Source: Chrysemys picta bellii (lineage: Eukaryota). From it: a stretch of 64,000 nt of DNA. The position numbers and the translations under genes are program-made. Shown here piece by piece: positions 34,820 to 47,414 of this stretch; within the stretch, counting starts at the first letter, position 1; each line of letters starts with the position of its first letter. The notes under the pieces are model-generated. The model saw only the letters and a list, made by a program, of their open reading frames with translations, was not told where the DNA came from and made no database searches. The stretch is taken from positions 1-64,000 of the forward strand of contig NW_027052824.1 in the NCBI RefSeq assembly GCF_011386835.1. The letters run 5' to 3'.

Positions 34820-35400
34820 ACAAAAGATCCAGATGTAGCAGTTGTTTGATTCCTTTACAGCTATGTTCTCACCTCAGCAGGGCACACCTACCTAAAATAC
34901 CACCATACTGAAATGGCCCCAGGGCAACAGATCACGGAAACTCTGTGGCTTATCCCTTGTAAAATATGGGATACCATGTGAGATGAACTCCATGTGATTT
35001 TGGCCCTGGGAGTGGTGAAGGAATCACATAGTGAGTGGAGAAGTCCCCATGGTACTAGTTCTGACAAACGATAGCGCAACCTGTTTCTGCATCGATTTCT
35101 GAGAGACCAAAACGGTATTGAACTTTGATGCTCTACTCTCTGATGTAGAGAGTAGATGAACTACTAGAACATTTGGGAGTTGCCAGATATATATCCACTT
35201 CAGACCTCACAAAGGGATACTGGTAAATACTGTTGATGGCAGTATCTTGGGAGAGAAATCCTTTTCCATGCCCTTTGACCTGTATTAATTTAGGGTCACA
35301 TCATTTGGCCTCCACAGGGTAGCAGTGACTTCTCAGAGGCTAATTGACTAAATATTACTACTGCATGGGTGGTGTGCAGCGCTATGCTGCTACAATCAAC
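34820..35400 (+). mobile_element. Gypsy RT fragment (orthologous to 23730-24110 and 42290-42860)
   Basis: Near-identical DNA to the other two copies, with SHSEWRSP-type and DLTKGY-type motifs. Confidence 0.85.
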
Positions 35401-35503
35401 GGAAAATGTTTTTTGGTTCCATATCTTATGGCAGCATTCCCACACATAGTGCAGATAGCAGTATATTACATAAAGAAAAGAAGGCCATCATCAATTGCTA
35501 GGC

Positions 35504-36266
35504 TGTCTAGTAGGAAGAGGGCCTGAAACATAATACCTTGTAGCAGAGGCCTGGTATGAGGCCTGAGACCTGGGTTAAAGTAATCAAAACTTTGCAGCTC
35601 TAAAATAAAGTTATGTTGTGAGCAAGGGGCAGGCCCGGCTTATTGAATCTTTCAGGAACAGGGCTGATATTGCAGAAACATACATTCCTAAGTAGTGATA
35701 GGCACAAGAATATGTATGCAAACACATTCTAGAAAGGTGGTACCAGAACACCTCGCTGCCAAACCAATTCCCCAAATATATCGGGAAGACACTGACCTAT
35801 CGTAAGGATAAGGTCAGGATAACAGCATAATGGATAGAGATGTTTGATTAAACTAACATGTACAAGGTAATGGACAGCCCCTGGATACGTCAATGGGTGG
35901 CACCTCAATACATCAGAGGGTGGCGCCCTGATACATCAGAAGTAATATGTCACTTGTTTGCATCTGTGTATAAAGATGAATCTCAGTGGCGATGTCTTTC
36001 TCTGAATGAGGGAAGAATATACAGTCCTGCCATTCTCTGAGCCGGTCCATTGTTTTGGCATACATGTGTTAGTGTACCTGTAACCACTGATCTGGGGCAC
36101 TAGCGCTATGCCTCGTTGCCAATAAACCTGACCAAGTTCCTTCACTGAAAACCGAGTCTGTGGATTTATTGGGCAGTTCAACTGGAGCCTGCTGTATGGG
36201 CTATCTGGCCAAAGTCAGTACAGCAGGCAGAAAGAACAAATGCACACAGCCAAACATCTATCAACA
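35504..36266 (+). mobile_element. ERV/Gypsy-like solo LTR, unit-B specific
   Basis: Insertion between duplicated GGCTG. Unit C is uninterrupted at this site (TGCTAAGTTGAACAG). AATAAA at about 36121; ends CAACA. Confidence 0.7.
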
Positions 36267-37011
36267 GGCTGAACAGTTTGGAAGACTCAGTTTGTTCTGA
36301 CAATCTGAGCCTCTGGGATCAGAGAATCATTTCTTCACTCGCAGGGGAGGCTCTCAAGCTGAAGTTCTCTAGAGTCTATTTTCTGCTCCTCCTGCTGCTC
36401 ATGGAGCTGAGGGAATTGTCCAGGATTTCTGGCCAACCTGAGAGTCCTCAGGGACTTTTCAGGGTAATCATAAAGGTTGCTGTCCAGCACAGCGAGTGTC
36501 AGACACATGAGATTCATACACTGATTCTCAGAGCCCTGCTTTCCTGTCACCTTAAGGAGATTTCCTCACTGCTGAGCGGGATTTCAGTGAGTTGCCTCTT
36601 TCTGTATTAAAGTTAGTACTGAAGGTTCAGGAAAGGTTCCAGGGTTCGTGTCAAGAACCATCTGGGCAGGAATTTAGCAGCAGAGCGACTTGAACTGTTC
36701 AGTATTGTCAGAATTTACCTGGTAAAATTGGAATTACAAATGTTAAAATAGTTAAAAATTCTCAGCGATGAAGAGTCTGCCAAGACCCTTGGAAAATTGT
36801 TCCAGTGGTGAATTACTCTCACCATTTAAAAATGTACACTCTATTTCCAGTCAGAATTTCTTTAAGTTCAACTTCTAGCCATTGGATCCTGTTACCCCTC
36901 CCTATGCTAGGCTGAAAAGCCTATTATTTAATACTAGTTCCCTGTGTAGGTACTAACAGGCTGTTATCAAGTCACGCCTTAACCACCTTTATTAATAAAT
37001 AAATTAATTAA

Positions 37012-37198
37012 TGGAGATATCCTATCTCCTAGAACTGGAAGGGACCTTGAAAGGTCATCAAGTCCAGCCCCCTGCCTTCACTAGCAGGACCAAGTACTGA
37101 TTTTTGCCCCAGATCCCTAAGTGGCCCCCTCAAGGATTGAACTCTCAACCCTGGGTTTAGCAGGCCAATGCTCAAACCACTGAGCTATCCCTCCCCCC
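37012..37198 (-). mobile_element. Tortoise Pol III/SINE (tRNA-derived head, CR1-derived tail)
   Basis: Reverse complement GGGGAGGGATAGCTCAGTGGTTTGAGCATTGGCCTGCTAAACCCAGGGTTGAGAGTTCAATCC...GGTCCCTTCCAGTTCTAGGAGAT. Confidence 0.9.
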
Positions 37199-37244
37199 TA
37201 AATTATTAAATTTAGCAGATTAAGATCTTTGAGTCTATCACCTA

Positions 37245-38565
37245 GATGGAGCTAATAAAAGGTGGGCGCATAACTGGTTGGAAAATCGTTCCCAGAGAGT
37301 AGTTATCAGTGGTTCACTGTCACGCTGGGAGGGCATAACGAGTGGGGTCCCACAGGGATCGGTTCTGGGTCCGGTTCTCTTCAATATCTTCATCAATGAT
37401 TTAGATAATGACATAGAGAGTACACTTATAAAGTTTGCGGATGATACCAAGCTGGGAGGGGTTGCAAGTGCTTTGGAAGATAGGATTAAAATTCAAAATG
37501 ATCTGGACAAACTGGAGAAAAGGTCTGACGTAAATAGGATGAAATTCAATGAGGACAAATGCAAAGTACTCCATTTAGGAAGGAACAATCAATTGCACAC
37601 ATACAAAATGGGAAATGACTGCCTAGGAAGGAGTACCGTGGAAAGGGATCTGGGGATCATAGTGGACCACAAGATAAATATGAGTCAACAGTGTAACGGT
37701 GTTGCAAAAAAAGCAAACGTCATTCTGGGATGTATTCAGTAGCATTGCTAGGGGGGAGCTGGGGAACGGCCACTCCCCACTGAGCACATTCCTCAAAAGT
37801 GGCGCCTTTTTAATTTTTACACTCACCCCAGCAGTCCAGGTCTTCGGCGGCAATTCGGCGGCGGGTCCTTTAGCCGCTCCAGGTCTTGGGCGGCAAGACT
37901 TGGGTTTTTCTTTTCTTTTTTCTTCACTGGTTTGGCGCCTTTTTTTATGTGTTCGCGCCCCCTTCTGGTAGAACCTGGCTACGCCACTGGATGTGTTATC
38001 AGGAGTATTGTAAGCAAGGCATGAGAAGTAATTTTTCTGCTCTACTCTGCACTGGTTAGGCCTCAACTGGAGTATTGTGTTCAGTTCTGGGTGCCATATT
38101 TCAGGAAAGATGTGGACAAAATGGAGAAAGTCCAGAAAAGAGCAACAAATTGACCTATGAGGGAAGATTGAAAAAAACTCAGTATGTTTAGTCTGGAGAA
38201 GAGAAGACTGAGGGGGCACATGATAACAGTTTTCAAGTACATGAAAGGTTGTTACAAGGAGGAGAGAGAAAAATTGTTCTTCTTAACCTCTGAGCATAGG
38301 ACAAGCAGCAATGGGCTTAAATTGCAGCAAGGGTGGTTTAGGTTGGACATTAGGAAAAACTTCCTAACTGTCAGAGTGGTTAAACACTGGAATAAATTGC
38401 CTAGGTAGGTGGTGGAATCTCCATCATTGGGGATTTTTAAGAGCAGGTTAGACAAACACCTTTCAGGGGTGGTCTAGATAATACTTCGTCCTGCCTTGAG
38501 TGCAAGGGACTGGACTAGATGACCTCTCGAAGTCCCTTCCAGTTCTATGATTCTATGATTCTGTG
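37245..38565 (+). mobile_element. CR1 LINE, 5'-truncated, nested in an older minus-strand CR1 (about 36760-39050)
   Basis: ORF 37278..37742 contains SGVPQGSVLGPVLFNIFINDLD and KFADDTKL. The tail is TTCTATGATTCTATGATTCTGTG. Confidence 0.93.
37737..37989. mobile_element. hAT-type MITE inside CR1
   Basis: Ends CAGTAGCATTGCTAG / CTGGCTACGCCACTG and 8-bp TSD GATGTATT / GATGTGTT. Confidence 0.82.
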
Positions 38566-40512
38566 ATCACTATAAGGCAGGATTTCTAATCTTTTACTAA
38601 TTCTTGTGACTCTTCTCTGAACCCTCTGCAGTGTATCAACATTCACCTTTAATCATGGACACCAGAAATGGACAGAAGATTCCAGCAGCAGTCGCACTAG
38701 TGCCAACTACAATGGTAAAATAACTTCTCTACCTCTCCTTCAGATCCCCTGGTTATGCTCCCAGTATCACATTGTCTCTTTTGGCCACATGGGAGCTCAT
38801 GTTTAGATAATTATCCCTTCACACCCCCACATTTGTTCACAGTCATTGTGCTTCCCACAGTATTCCCCCATCATGTAAGCATTACCTTTATTCTTAGTCC
38901 CTATAGGTAGATATCTACATAGCTATGTTAGAATATATATTGTTTACTTCGACCCAGTTTACCAACCAATCCAGATTGCTCTGAATCAGTGACCTGTCCT
39001 CTTCATTATTTACGATCACCCAATTTTTGTGTCATCTTCAAACTTCATCGATATTCAGGCATGAGAATGGTAAGTGGCTGAGTTGCTGACACATGTCTCT
39101 GCTTACACTTGTCAGTTAAAACCTGTAACTTATGTCTCAGACAAAGCTGGGTGCCTGCAAGAAAGTATCTCACCAAAAGAAACAAGGGAAGTAACAGAGG
39201 TGCAGGCCTGTATCCCTAAATACCAAGACCCTGGTGCTCTTTGTGCCCATTCTGTTGAGCACAAAGTCATAGCCCAGCATGACAATGTCTGTTTCCATGG
39301 GAGAAACCTGGCTCCTTTTGAACATGGGAATTGCATCATGGATCAGATCTCTGGTCCATTGAGTCCACTGTCCTCTCTCTGAGAGTAACATACCCAGATG
39401 TTGCAGAAAAAGGTGTAAGAATCCCAGCAGTGGGTGGATGAGGGGGATTATTTGACCATGATGAGGTCATCCTAATGCCTAACAGCTAGAGATTGGCTTG
39501 TGCCTTGAAACATGTGGGTGTATAGGCTTTCCAAAATATTTAGTTAACTGTAACTGTTGTAACTGGATAGTCTCACTATCCATATAAATGTCCAAACACT
39601 TCCTGATTCTTACTTAACTCATGGCTTGAACTACCTCTTGTGGCAACAAGTTCCTCAGACTAATTAGGCATTGAGTGAAGAAAGCATTCTTTTTTATTAG
39701 TTTTCAATTTGCCACATTTATGTTTAATTGAATGTCCTCTTGATCATGTGTTATGAGACGGGGAGAACACATTCTCAAACTAATTTCTACGAGTCAGTAT
39801 TTTGTAGACTTTTCTCCTGTCCCCTCTTATTCATCTCCTTTGTAAGGAAACAATCCCAGTCGTTTGAATCTCTCTCTGTATGAGAGTTTCCCCAGGTGCT
39901 TGATCTTTCCCGTTGCCCTTGCCTGAACCCCTCTAGCTCTGTAATATCCTGTGTGAGAAGGGTGCTCAGTACTGCACAGAGGAGTTCAGAGGAGGGTGAA
40001 ACATTGAATGACTGATCTCATGGCATTGTATTTTCTGTATGATTTCCCATCCCACTCCTCCTGGATCCCAATGATTTGGTTAGTTTCTGTCCGTGATTGC
40101 ACTGTGAGCAGGATTTCCCAGAACTTTGTACCATGACACCCAGATCCCTGTCCTGAGTTCATACAGTGAAATTAGAACCTTGCTAGGTGTTTGTTGAGTA
40201 CAAGTTTTTCTGACCAGTGGGCATACACCTTTCAGTTATTGACATCCAAGTTCATCTGCCATCATGCTACCCATTCACCTGGCTTGGTTAGCTCCCTCTG
40301 AGGACTTCTCTGGATTTGAGTATGACCTAAATAAGGTGGTGCCATCTGTAAATGTTGCCACCTCACTTCTCACTCCCCTTTCTAGAGTGTTAATAACTAT
40401 AAAATATTTACAGTACTATTTGTTATAAAGTGTGTAACCTCCCTCATTCTGCTTCTATCCATTCACAGGCACCTTGAGAGTTTATGAGCCTGATCGATGC
40501 ATTATCCAAGTC

Positions 40513-41469
40513 ATGGCAGTTTTCAACCTCACACCTTCTGATCCTTCATCATTTATCCTAATGGGCATCCCTGGCCTGGAAGCTGCCCACATCTGGATTT
40601 CAATCCCTTTCTCTACGTCCTACATTATCAGCCTGTTGGGAAATTTCACGGTTCTGTTTGTTGTGGGCAAAGAGCAGACCCTGCACAAGCCGATGTATCT
40701 GCTGCTCTGCATGCTGGCGCTCACAGACATCAGCACGTCAACCTCAGTTGTGCTGAAGGCACTGTGTATATTTTGGTTCAATTTGGAAATTATTACTTTG
40801 GGTGGATGTCTCACCCAGATGTTCTTCTTTCATGCGGGTACTGTGATGCACTCAGCCATCCTCGTCACAATGGCCTTTGATCGCTATGTTGCCATATGTA
40901 ACCCTCTGAGATATGCCACCATCCTCACCAATGCACGAATAGCTAAGCTAGGGCTAGTGGGTTTGATAAGAGCTGTTCTCTTAGCTCTGCCCCTGCCCCT
41001 GCTTCTGAGTAGGCATCCATTCTGTGCCAACCGCATTATCCCCCACACGTACTGCGACCACATGGCTGTGGCAAAGATGTCATGTGGGGACATCACAGTC
41101 AACAGGATGTATGGCTTGGTGATACCATTTGTAGTCAATGGGTCAGACCTGACACTCATTGCCCTGTCCTATGGCCTGATCATCAGGGCTGTTCTCAGAA
41201 TCTCCTCCAAGAAAGCACATCAGAAAGCCCTCCACACCTGCACAGCCCACATCTGTGTGATGCTGATTTCTTATCCTCCCTTCTTCTTCTCCACTCTGAC
41301 ATACCGGTTCGGTCAGGGCATCGCTCCCCACATTCACATCATTTTGGCTAACCTCTATTTCCTCCTCCCCACCATGCTCAACCCTATTATTTATGGGGCC
41401 AAAACCAAAGAGCTTCGTGAGAAAATGGGCAAATACACCTGCAGAATGTGTTCGCTCGGGGGCCACTGA
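40513..41469 (+). CDS. Class I olfactory receptor, family 52-like (318 aa)
   Basis: LHKPMY, MAFDRYVAICNPLRY, KALHTCTAH and PTMLNPIIYG. A splice acceptor ends at 40468. Confidence 0.94.
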   Translation: MAVFNLTPSDPSSFILMGIPGLEAAHIWISIPFSTSYIISLLGNFTVLFVVGKEQTLHKPMYLLLCMLALTDISTSTSVVLKALCIFWFNLEIITLGGCLTQMFFFHAGTVMHSAILVTMAFDRYVAICNPLRYATILTNARIAKLGLVGLIRAVLLALPLPLLLSRHPFCANRIIPHTYCDHMAVAKMSCGDITVNRMYGLVIPFVVNGSDLTLIALSYGLIIRAVLRISSKKAHQKALHTCTAHICVMLISYPPFFFSTLTYRFGQGIAPHIHIILANLYFLLPTMLNPIIYGAKTKELREKMGKYTCRMCSLGGH

Positions 41470-42289
41470 CTTTAACCTGCGTGACTGAAGGGGGAAAGGA
41501 AACTTCCTTATCATACAAGGGCACTCTTTCCCAATTTGGCTGAGCTCATCATTGTGGAAGCTGAGAGTCTGAGAAGCACCTCACACCTCACATCTTATCA
41601 CTCTGTCACCAAGTACTGCTCTCTCCATTTCTGAGTTCCCTCTTTCTCACCATCACCTGATCTTTTTCAGTGTCATCCATCCACCTCCACCTCCACACAC
41701 CCGATCCCTTGGCCTTTCAGTGACTTCCAGACCACTAGAAGATACTGCATCTTTCTGAAGCAAGGTGGCTTTCCATTAGACCTTGTGTGAACAGACTTTT
41801 TGATCAGTTTGACAAACTGAAGCCATGTCATTTACTAAATACCGTTCCAGATGTCAGGTAAATATCTGGGATGTTCTAAACCTATTTCTTATGTCTGTGT
41901 GTGCTTCAGTCTAATAAACTGCACTGTTAGACAAGAGCGTGCTTACTTTCATTTAATCCTTATCAGACAGAACTGCTGTGTTTCCATTGATTTAGTCCTA
42001 ACACTGCCTGATGCAAAATAGTTAAGTTGCCCGGGATGGGGATTCTGAATAACTTGGGTAATGGATTGCTGTGTTAAACTATGACATCGCCTTTGAGTCC
42101 AATAACTTACTGCTTTGCATAATCGATTTTGGAGTCGCTTTCAACTGGAACTTTCAAAATACACACTAGTCATTCCCAATACTGTGTTGATCTTTCAGAA
42201 ATTGATACAGAAAAGTATCATACTCCCTGGAACCCAAATTAGGCTCCCATGCATCTCTGATGAAAGCATGGGGGAGGGACTGAAGCCCG

Positions 42290-42860
42290 AACAAAAGAAA
42301 CAGATGTAGCAGTTGTTTGATTCCTTTACAGCTGTGTTCTCACTTCAGCAGGGCACACCTACCTAGAATATCACTATACTGAAATGGCCCCAGGGCAACA
42401 GACCAGGAAAACTCCATGGCTGTTCCCTTGTAAAATGTGGGATATCACGTGGGAACTCCAGGTGTTTTGGCCATGGGCATGGTGAAGGAATCAAACAGTG
42501 AGTGGAGAAGTCCCATGGTTCTAGTTCTGACACACAATAGCAGAATCCGTTTCTGTATCCGTTACCCGATGCAGACAGTTGCTGAACTATTAGAACAGTT
42601 TGGAGTTGCTAGACATATATCTACTTTAGGCTTCACAAAGGGATACTGGCAAGTAACTTTTGATGCCAGAATCTGGGAGAAGAAAGCCTTTTCCATCCCC
42701 TTCAGATTGCATCAATTCAGGATCACATGATTTTTCCTCCACAGGGTGGCAGTGACTTTTCAGAGGCAATGGATTAAATATTACAACTGCATGGGTGGTA
42801 TGCAGCAATATGCTTCTACGATCAATTGAAAATGGTTTTTGGTCCAGTATCTTGTGGCAG
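42290..42860 (+). mobile_element. Gypsy RT fragment
   Basis: ORF 42437..42730: SNSEWRSPMVLV...STLGFTKGYWQV...KKAFSIPFRLHQF. Confidence 0.88.
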
Positions 42861-43887
42861 CATTCCCACATTTAGTGCAGATAGCAGTACACTGAACACA
42901 GAAAAGAAAGCCATCGTCAATTGCTAAGTTGAACAGTCTGCAATACTCACTTTGCCCTGACAATCTGACCCCCCTGTTATTAGTGAATATTCTCTTCAAT
43001 CCCTGGGGAGGCTGTCAAGCTGAAGTTCTCCAGGGTCTATTTTCTGCTCTTCCCACTGCTCACGGAGCCGAAGGAATTGTACGGGAGTCCTGGCCAATTT
43101 GAGAGTCCAGAGGGACTGTACAGGCAAATCATAAAGGTCGCTGTCCAGCACGGCATTTCTCAGACATGTCAGATTCCTACACTGATTCTCAGGCTCTGCC
43201 TTCCTGTCACCGTAAGGAGATTTCCTCTGTGTGCTAAGCAGGATTGCGGTGAGTTGCCTGTTTCTGCCATAAAGTTAGTGCTGAGGGCTCAGGAAGGGTT
43301 CCAGGGTTCAAGTCAAGAACCATATGGGCAGGAATTCAGGAGCACGGTGACTTGAACTGTTTAGTATTGTCAGAAACATCAAGGGATTTACCTGGTAAAA
43401 TTGGAACTACAAATGTATTGGAAATAGTTTAGACGCATATTTGCTTTTAACATCAGTTTCTTGTCTCTTACTGTGTCCTTCTAGCCGTCTCAGTAGGTTC
43501 TTTGTTTGGGTGGTATGGTTTTTCTTCTGGTTGGCCCATGTTTTCCAATTCAGTAACTTCACTGCCCTGTTATGAAATACAGCTAAAGCCTCTGCAGTGG
43601 GTATCTGTGTTACCAGAGGGTTCACAACAAGAATGAGTCACACACTGGCCAGATTCTGCTCTCACATTCTGCCTATAGTGGGTCACTCCAGATTGACACT
43701 GGCCTCCCTGAGAGCAAAATCAGGGCCCTTGTGTTTTGGAATCCCCATCTTTCATGCCTGGTCTCAGAACGCCACAGAAACTGGGGGTTTCCTTCAGACT
43801 CTTTGAGCAGCCTAACAGAATAGCACTCTCTGCTGCAGGACTGGAAGCCGTGATTTTCACAGCCGGTAGCCGAAAGTTAAACATTAA

Positions 43888-43949
43888 GGGTGAAATCTTG
43901 CACCTACTTAGATCAATGGCAAACTCCCAACATGGTCAGGATTTCACCC
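43888..43949. mobile_element. 62-bp Harbinger-like mini-MITE
   Basis: GGGTGAAATCTTG / CAGGATTTCACCC inverted ends and TSD TAA. Confidence 0.65.
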
Positions 43950-46475
43950 TAAATCTACATGTAGGGACTTAAATAAATGGCCTGATTTACACCGACCATG
44001 AGCCTCCAGTGAGTTCAACTGGCGTCGTCCTGTGGCCTCAAAGGCCGGGTGAGCTCATTGAGACCAAAGAAGATCTGACAGGAGACTTGCTGATATCTCA
44101 CACTCACAGGGTTAGAGGTTCAGAACAATCAGGATGACATTTTTTTGTGGGGGGAGATGGGTCTGTTCTCTATGTGCCCCTTCATCTCTGGTTCTGACGA
44201 GGATGAGAAGCACCAAAAGGCTTAGAGGAAACCAGGTGGTGTTGGAAATCTCACCGGGGCAGGTCCCAGAACCTACAGTGTGTGTGTGTGTGGGGGGGCT
44301 GGAGGACAGACGGACAGACACGCAGTATCCAAATCACAGTGTTACGGAGTCCTGAAACCAGTCGAAATAGGGAATGGACATCCTGCCTAATGCACAGACC
44401 AAAGAGGCAAATGAGGCCTTCTGGGGCAGGGGGGTGTCTCAGACTGTAACATAATATGGATCACACTGTAGCAGATTGTCTCTGACACCATCCGCCATCC
44501 GGGCCATTCCTCTTCCCATGAGCTACCCCACTACAGCCTCATGGTAACATCAGAATTTCCAACACGGAAAAGCAGCCTCAGGAAGGGGTGTCTGGGTTTC
44601 CAACGGGCTGCAATACATTAAAACTTTGTGTCTTTTGAGGAAGTTACTCATGCTGGCTCATTTTAGTCTCCACATCCTCTCTCCCTCCTGCTGGGCCTGT
44701 TGCTGTCTCCTTCCCTGCACAGCCTGAGCTGCTGCTGGGTTCCCTTCACCTCTGGGGAGGCAGTTCAGGCCGATCTCCCCCTTTTCCTCGGTGCAGGCAG
44801 ACACTGAGTTTAACCTCGTCTGAGGAGATATTTCTGTGAGCTGTCATTGTGGGGTCTGGCACATGGTTTTGGTCCTGGATGAGGGGTATAACTGTGTAGC
44901 AGGGCTGGAAGAGCTGGGTTTGGGGAACATACATGGAAAGGCATGCAGTGCTGGAGTTCTGTTGCAGGTAGGGGGTGTACACAGACAGGCAGGCAGTCCT
45001 GGGGATTGTGGGGTCAGGCAGGGGAGTGTACACAAACTGGTGAGTAAACACTGGGTGTTGTGGGCCTGGGAGCAGGGTGTACATGGACAGGCGGGCAGCG
45101 CTGGAGGTTGTGGGGAAGGGAGGAGGTGTACACAAACAGGTGAGAAAATACTGGTGGTTGTTGGAGCAGGGAGCGGGGTGTACGTGGACAGGTGGGCAGC
45201 GCTGTGGGCTGTGGGTCAGGCAGGGAGTAAATGGATAGACAGACAGCACTGGTACCTGTGAGTACACAAAGCGGGGTGTACATGGACAGGTGAACAAACG
45301 CTGGGTGTTGTGGGGGCGGGGATCAGCATGTACATGGATAGGCAGGCAGCGCTGTTGAAATTGAATTTTCCTTTGTGATTGTTAGTTCAAGGGCAACGCT
45401 GAGACCTTTCCTGCCTTGAATGCATATGGGTGGGTCTCCGGGTCTCTTTTCCCTCACAAGCCACAGAACTGCAGCCTGGGAATTACAACTTTAATCAGTT
45501 TTATTTCCAATTGTTGTTGCTGTTACGTAACTTCAGGAATTTCACTGGTGACAAGAACCGTTGCTCTTTGCTTTTCAGATGGTTCAATCTCCCATCTCAC
45601 TATACATGTAAATGTCCAAACCTTTCCTGATCCTTGATTAGCTCATGGTCTCAACTATGTCTTGTGGCAATGAGTTTCTCAATCTAATTAGGCATTGAGT
45701 GAAGAAAACATTCTTTTTTAATCAGTTTTGAATTTACCGCGTTTCAGTTTAATTGAATGTCCTCTTGAACTTATATTATGAGACAGGGAGAACACATTCT
45801 TGATCTACTCTCTACCAGTAAGTAATTTATGGACTTTTTTCATATACCGTCTTATTTATCTCCTTTGTAAGGTAACAATCCCAGTCTTTACAACCTCCCT
45901 CCTTGATCGTTCCCTGAACACCTCTAGTTCTGCAATATCCTGTGTGAGAAGGGTGTCCAGTACTACACAAAGAAGTCCAGAGGAGGGTGAAACATTGACA
46001 GACTGATCTCATGCATTGTATTTTCTGTATGGTTCCCCATTCCACTCCTCATGGATACCAATGTTTTGCTTAGCTTCTGTCCAGGATTGCACTGTGAGTA
46101 GGGTCTCACAAAGCTCTGTCCTGAATTCACATAGTTCAATTAGAACCTCCTAAGGTGTTTGGGGAGTTTTTCCATCCAATGGCATACATGTTGCAGTTAT
46201 TGACATCCAAGTTCATCTGCCATTATGCCATCATTCACCTGGCTGGGTTAGCTCCCTCTGAAGACTTCTGTGGACTTGACTATGACCTAAATAATCTGGT
46301 GCCATCTGTAAATGTTGTCACCTCACTGCTCACCCCCCCCCATTTCTAAATTGGTAATAACTATAAAATATTTACCGTACTATTTGTCATAAAGTGTGTA
46401 ACCCCTTCGCTGTGCTTCTCTCCCTTCACAGGCACCTTGAGCATTTCTGAGCCTGATAGACGCATCGACCACCTC

Positions 46476-47414
46476 ATGGCAGCTTTCAACCTCACCCCCT
46501 CTGGCCCTTCAACATTCATCCTAATGGGCGTCCCTGGCTTGGAAGCTGCCCATGGCTGGATTTCCATCCCTTTCTCTATGTTCTACATTGTCAGCCTGTT
46601 GGGAAATTTCATGCTTCTGTTTGTTGTAGGCAAAGAGCAGACCCTGCACAAGCCAATGTACCTGCTGGTCTGCATGCTGGCGCTCACAGATATCAGCATG
46701 TCTACCTCTGTCATACCAAAGGCACTGTGTATATTTTGGTTCAATTTGAAACACATTACTATGGGTGGCTGCCTCACCCAGATGTTCTTCCTTCATACGG
46801 TTATTGTTATACAGTCAGCCGTTCTCGTGACAATGGCCTTCGATCGCTATGTTGCCATATGTAACCCTCTGAGATACACTACGATCCTCACCAACGCACG
46901 AATAGCTAAGCTAGGGCTCTTGGGTTTGATAAGAGCAGTTCTCATCATTCTGCCTATGCCCCTGTTCCTGAGTAGGCTGCCATTCTGTGCCAACCGCATT
47001 ATCCCCCACATATATTGTGAGCACATAGCTGTGGCAAAGATGTCATGTGGGGACTCCACAGTCACAAGGATGTACGGCTTGGTGACAGCATTTGTAGTCA
47101 TTGTGTTAGACCTGACACTCATTGCCCTGTCCTATGGTCTGATCATCAGGGCTGTCCTCAGAATCTCCTCCAAGGAAGCCCACCAGAAAGCTCTCAACAC
47201 CTGCACAGCCCACATCTGTGTGATGCTGATATCTTATTCTCCCTGCCTCTTCTCCTACATGACTCAGAGGTTCAGTCAGGGAATCTCTTCCCATGTTCAC
47301 GTCACCTTGTCTAACTTCTATCTCCTTGTCACTCCCATGCTCAACCCTATCATTTATGGGGTCAAAACCAAAGAGTTTCGTGACAAAGTGGGCAAATACA
47401 CCTGCAGAAGGTGA
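46476..47414 (+). CDS. Class I olfactory receptor, family 52-like (312 aa)
   Basis: LHKPMY, MAFDRYVAICNPLRY, HIYCEH, KALNTCTAH and TPMLNPIIYGVKTK. A splice acceptor ends at 46431. Confidence 0.94.
   Translation: MAAFNLTPSGPSTFILMGVPGLEAAHGWISIPFSMFYIVSLLGNFMLLFVVGKEQTLHKPMYLLVCMLALTDISMSTSVIPKALCIFWFNLKHITMGGCLTQMFFLHTVIVIQSAVLVTMAFDRYVAICNPLRYTTILTNARIAKLGLLGLIRAVLIILPMPLFLSRLPFCANRIIPHIYCEHIAVAKMSCGDSTVTRMYGLVTAFVVIVLDLTLIALSYGLIIRAVLRISSKEAHQKALNTCTAHICVMLISYSPCLFSYMTQRFSQGISSHVHVTLSNFYLLVTPMLNPIIYGVKTKEFRDKVGKYTCRR

Noticed and set aside
37100-37198. tRNA-like sequences (here and at 10155-10230) as true tRNA genes
   Set aside because: They are embedded in a SINE with a CR1 tail or in a TSD-flanked element, and the cloverleaf stems are imperfect.
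44746-45297. 183-aa ORF, plus similar ORFs at 25798-26303, 20178-20958 and 58524-59219
   Set aside because: They lie in minisatellite, microsatellite or GC-rich MITE sequence, where stops are depleted, and they show no recognisable domain.
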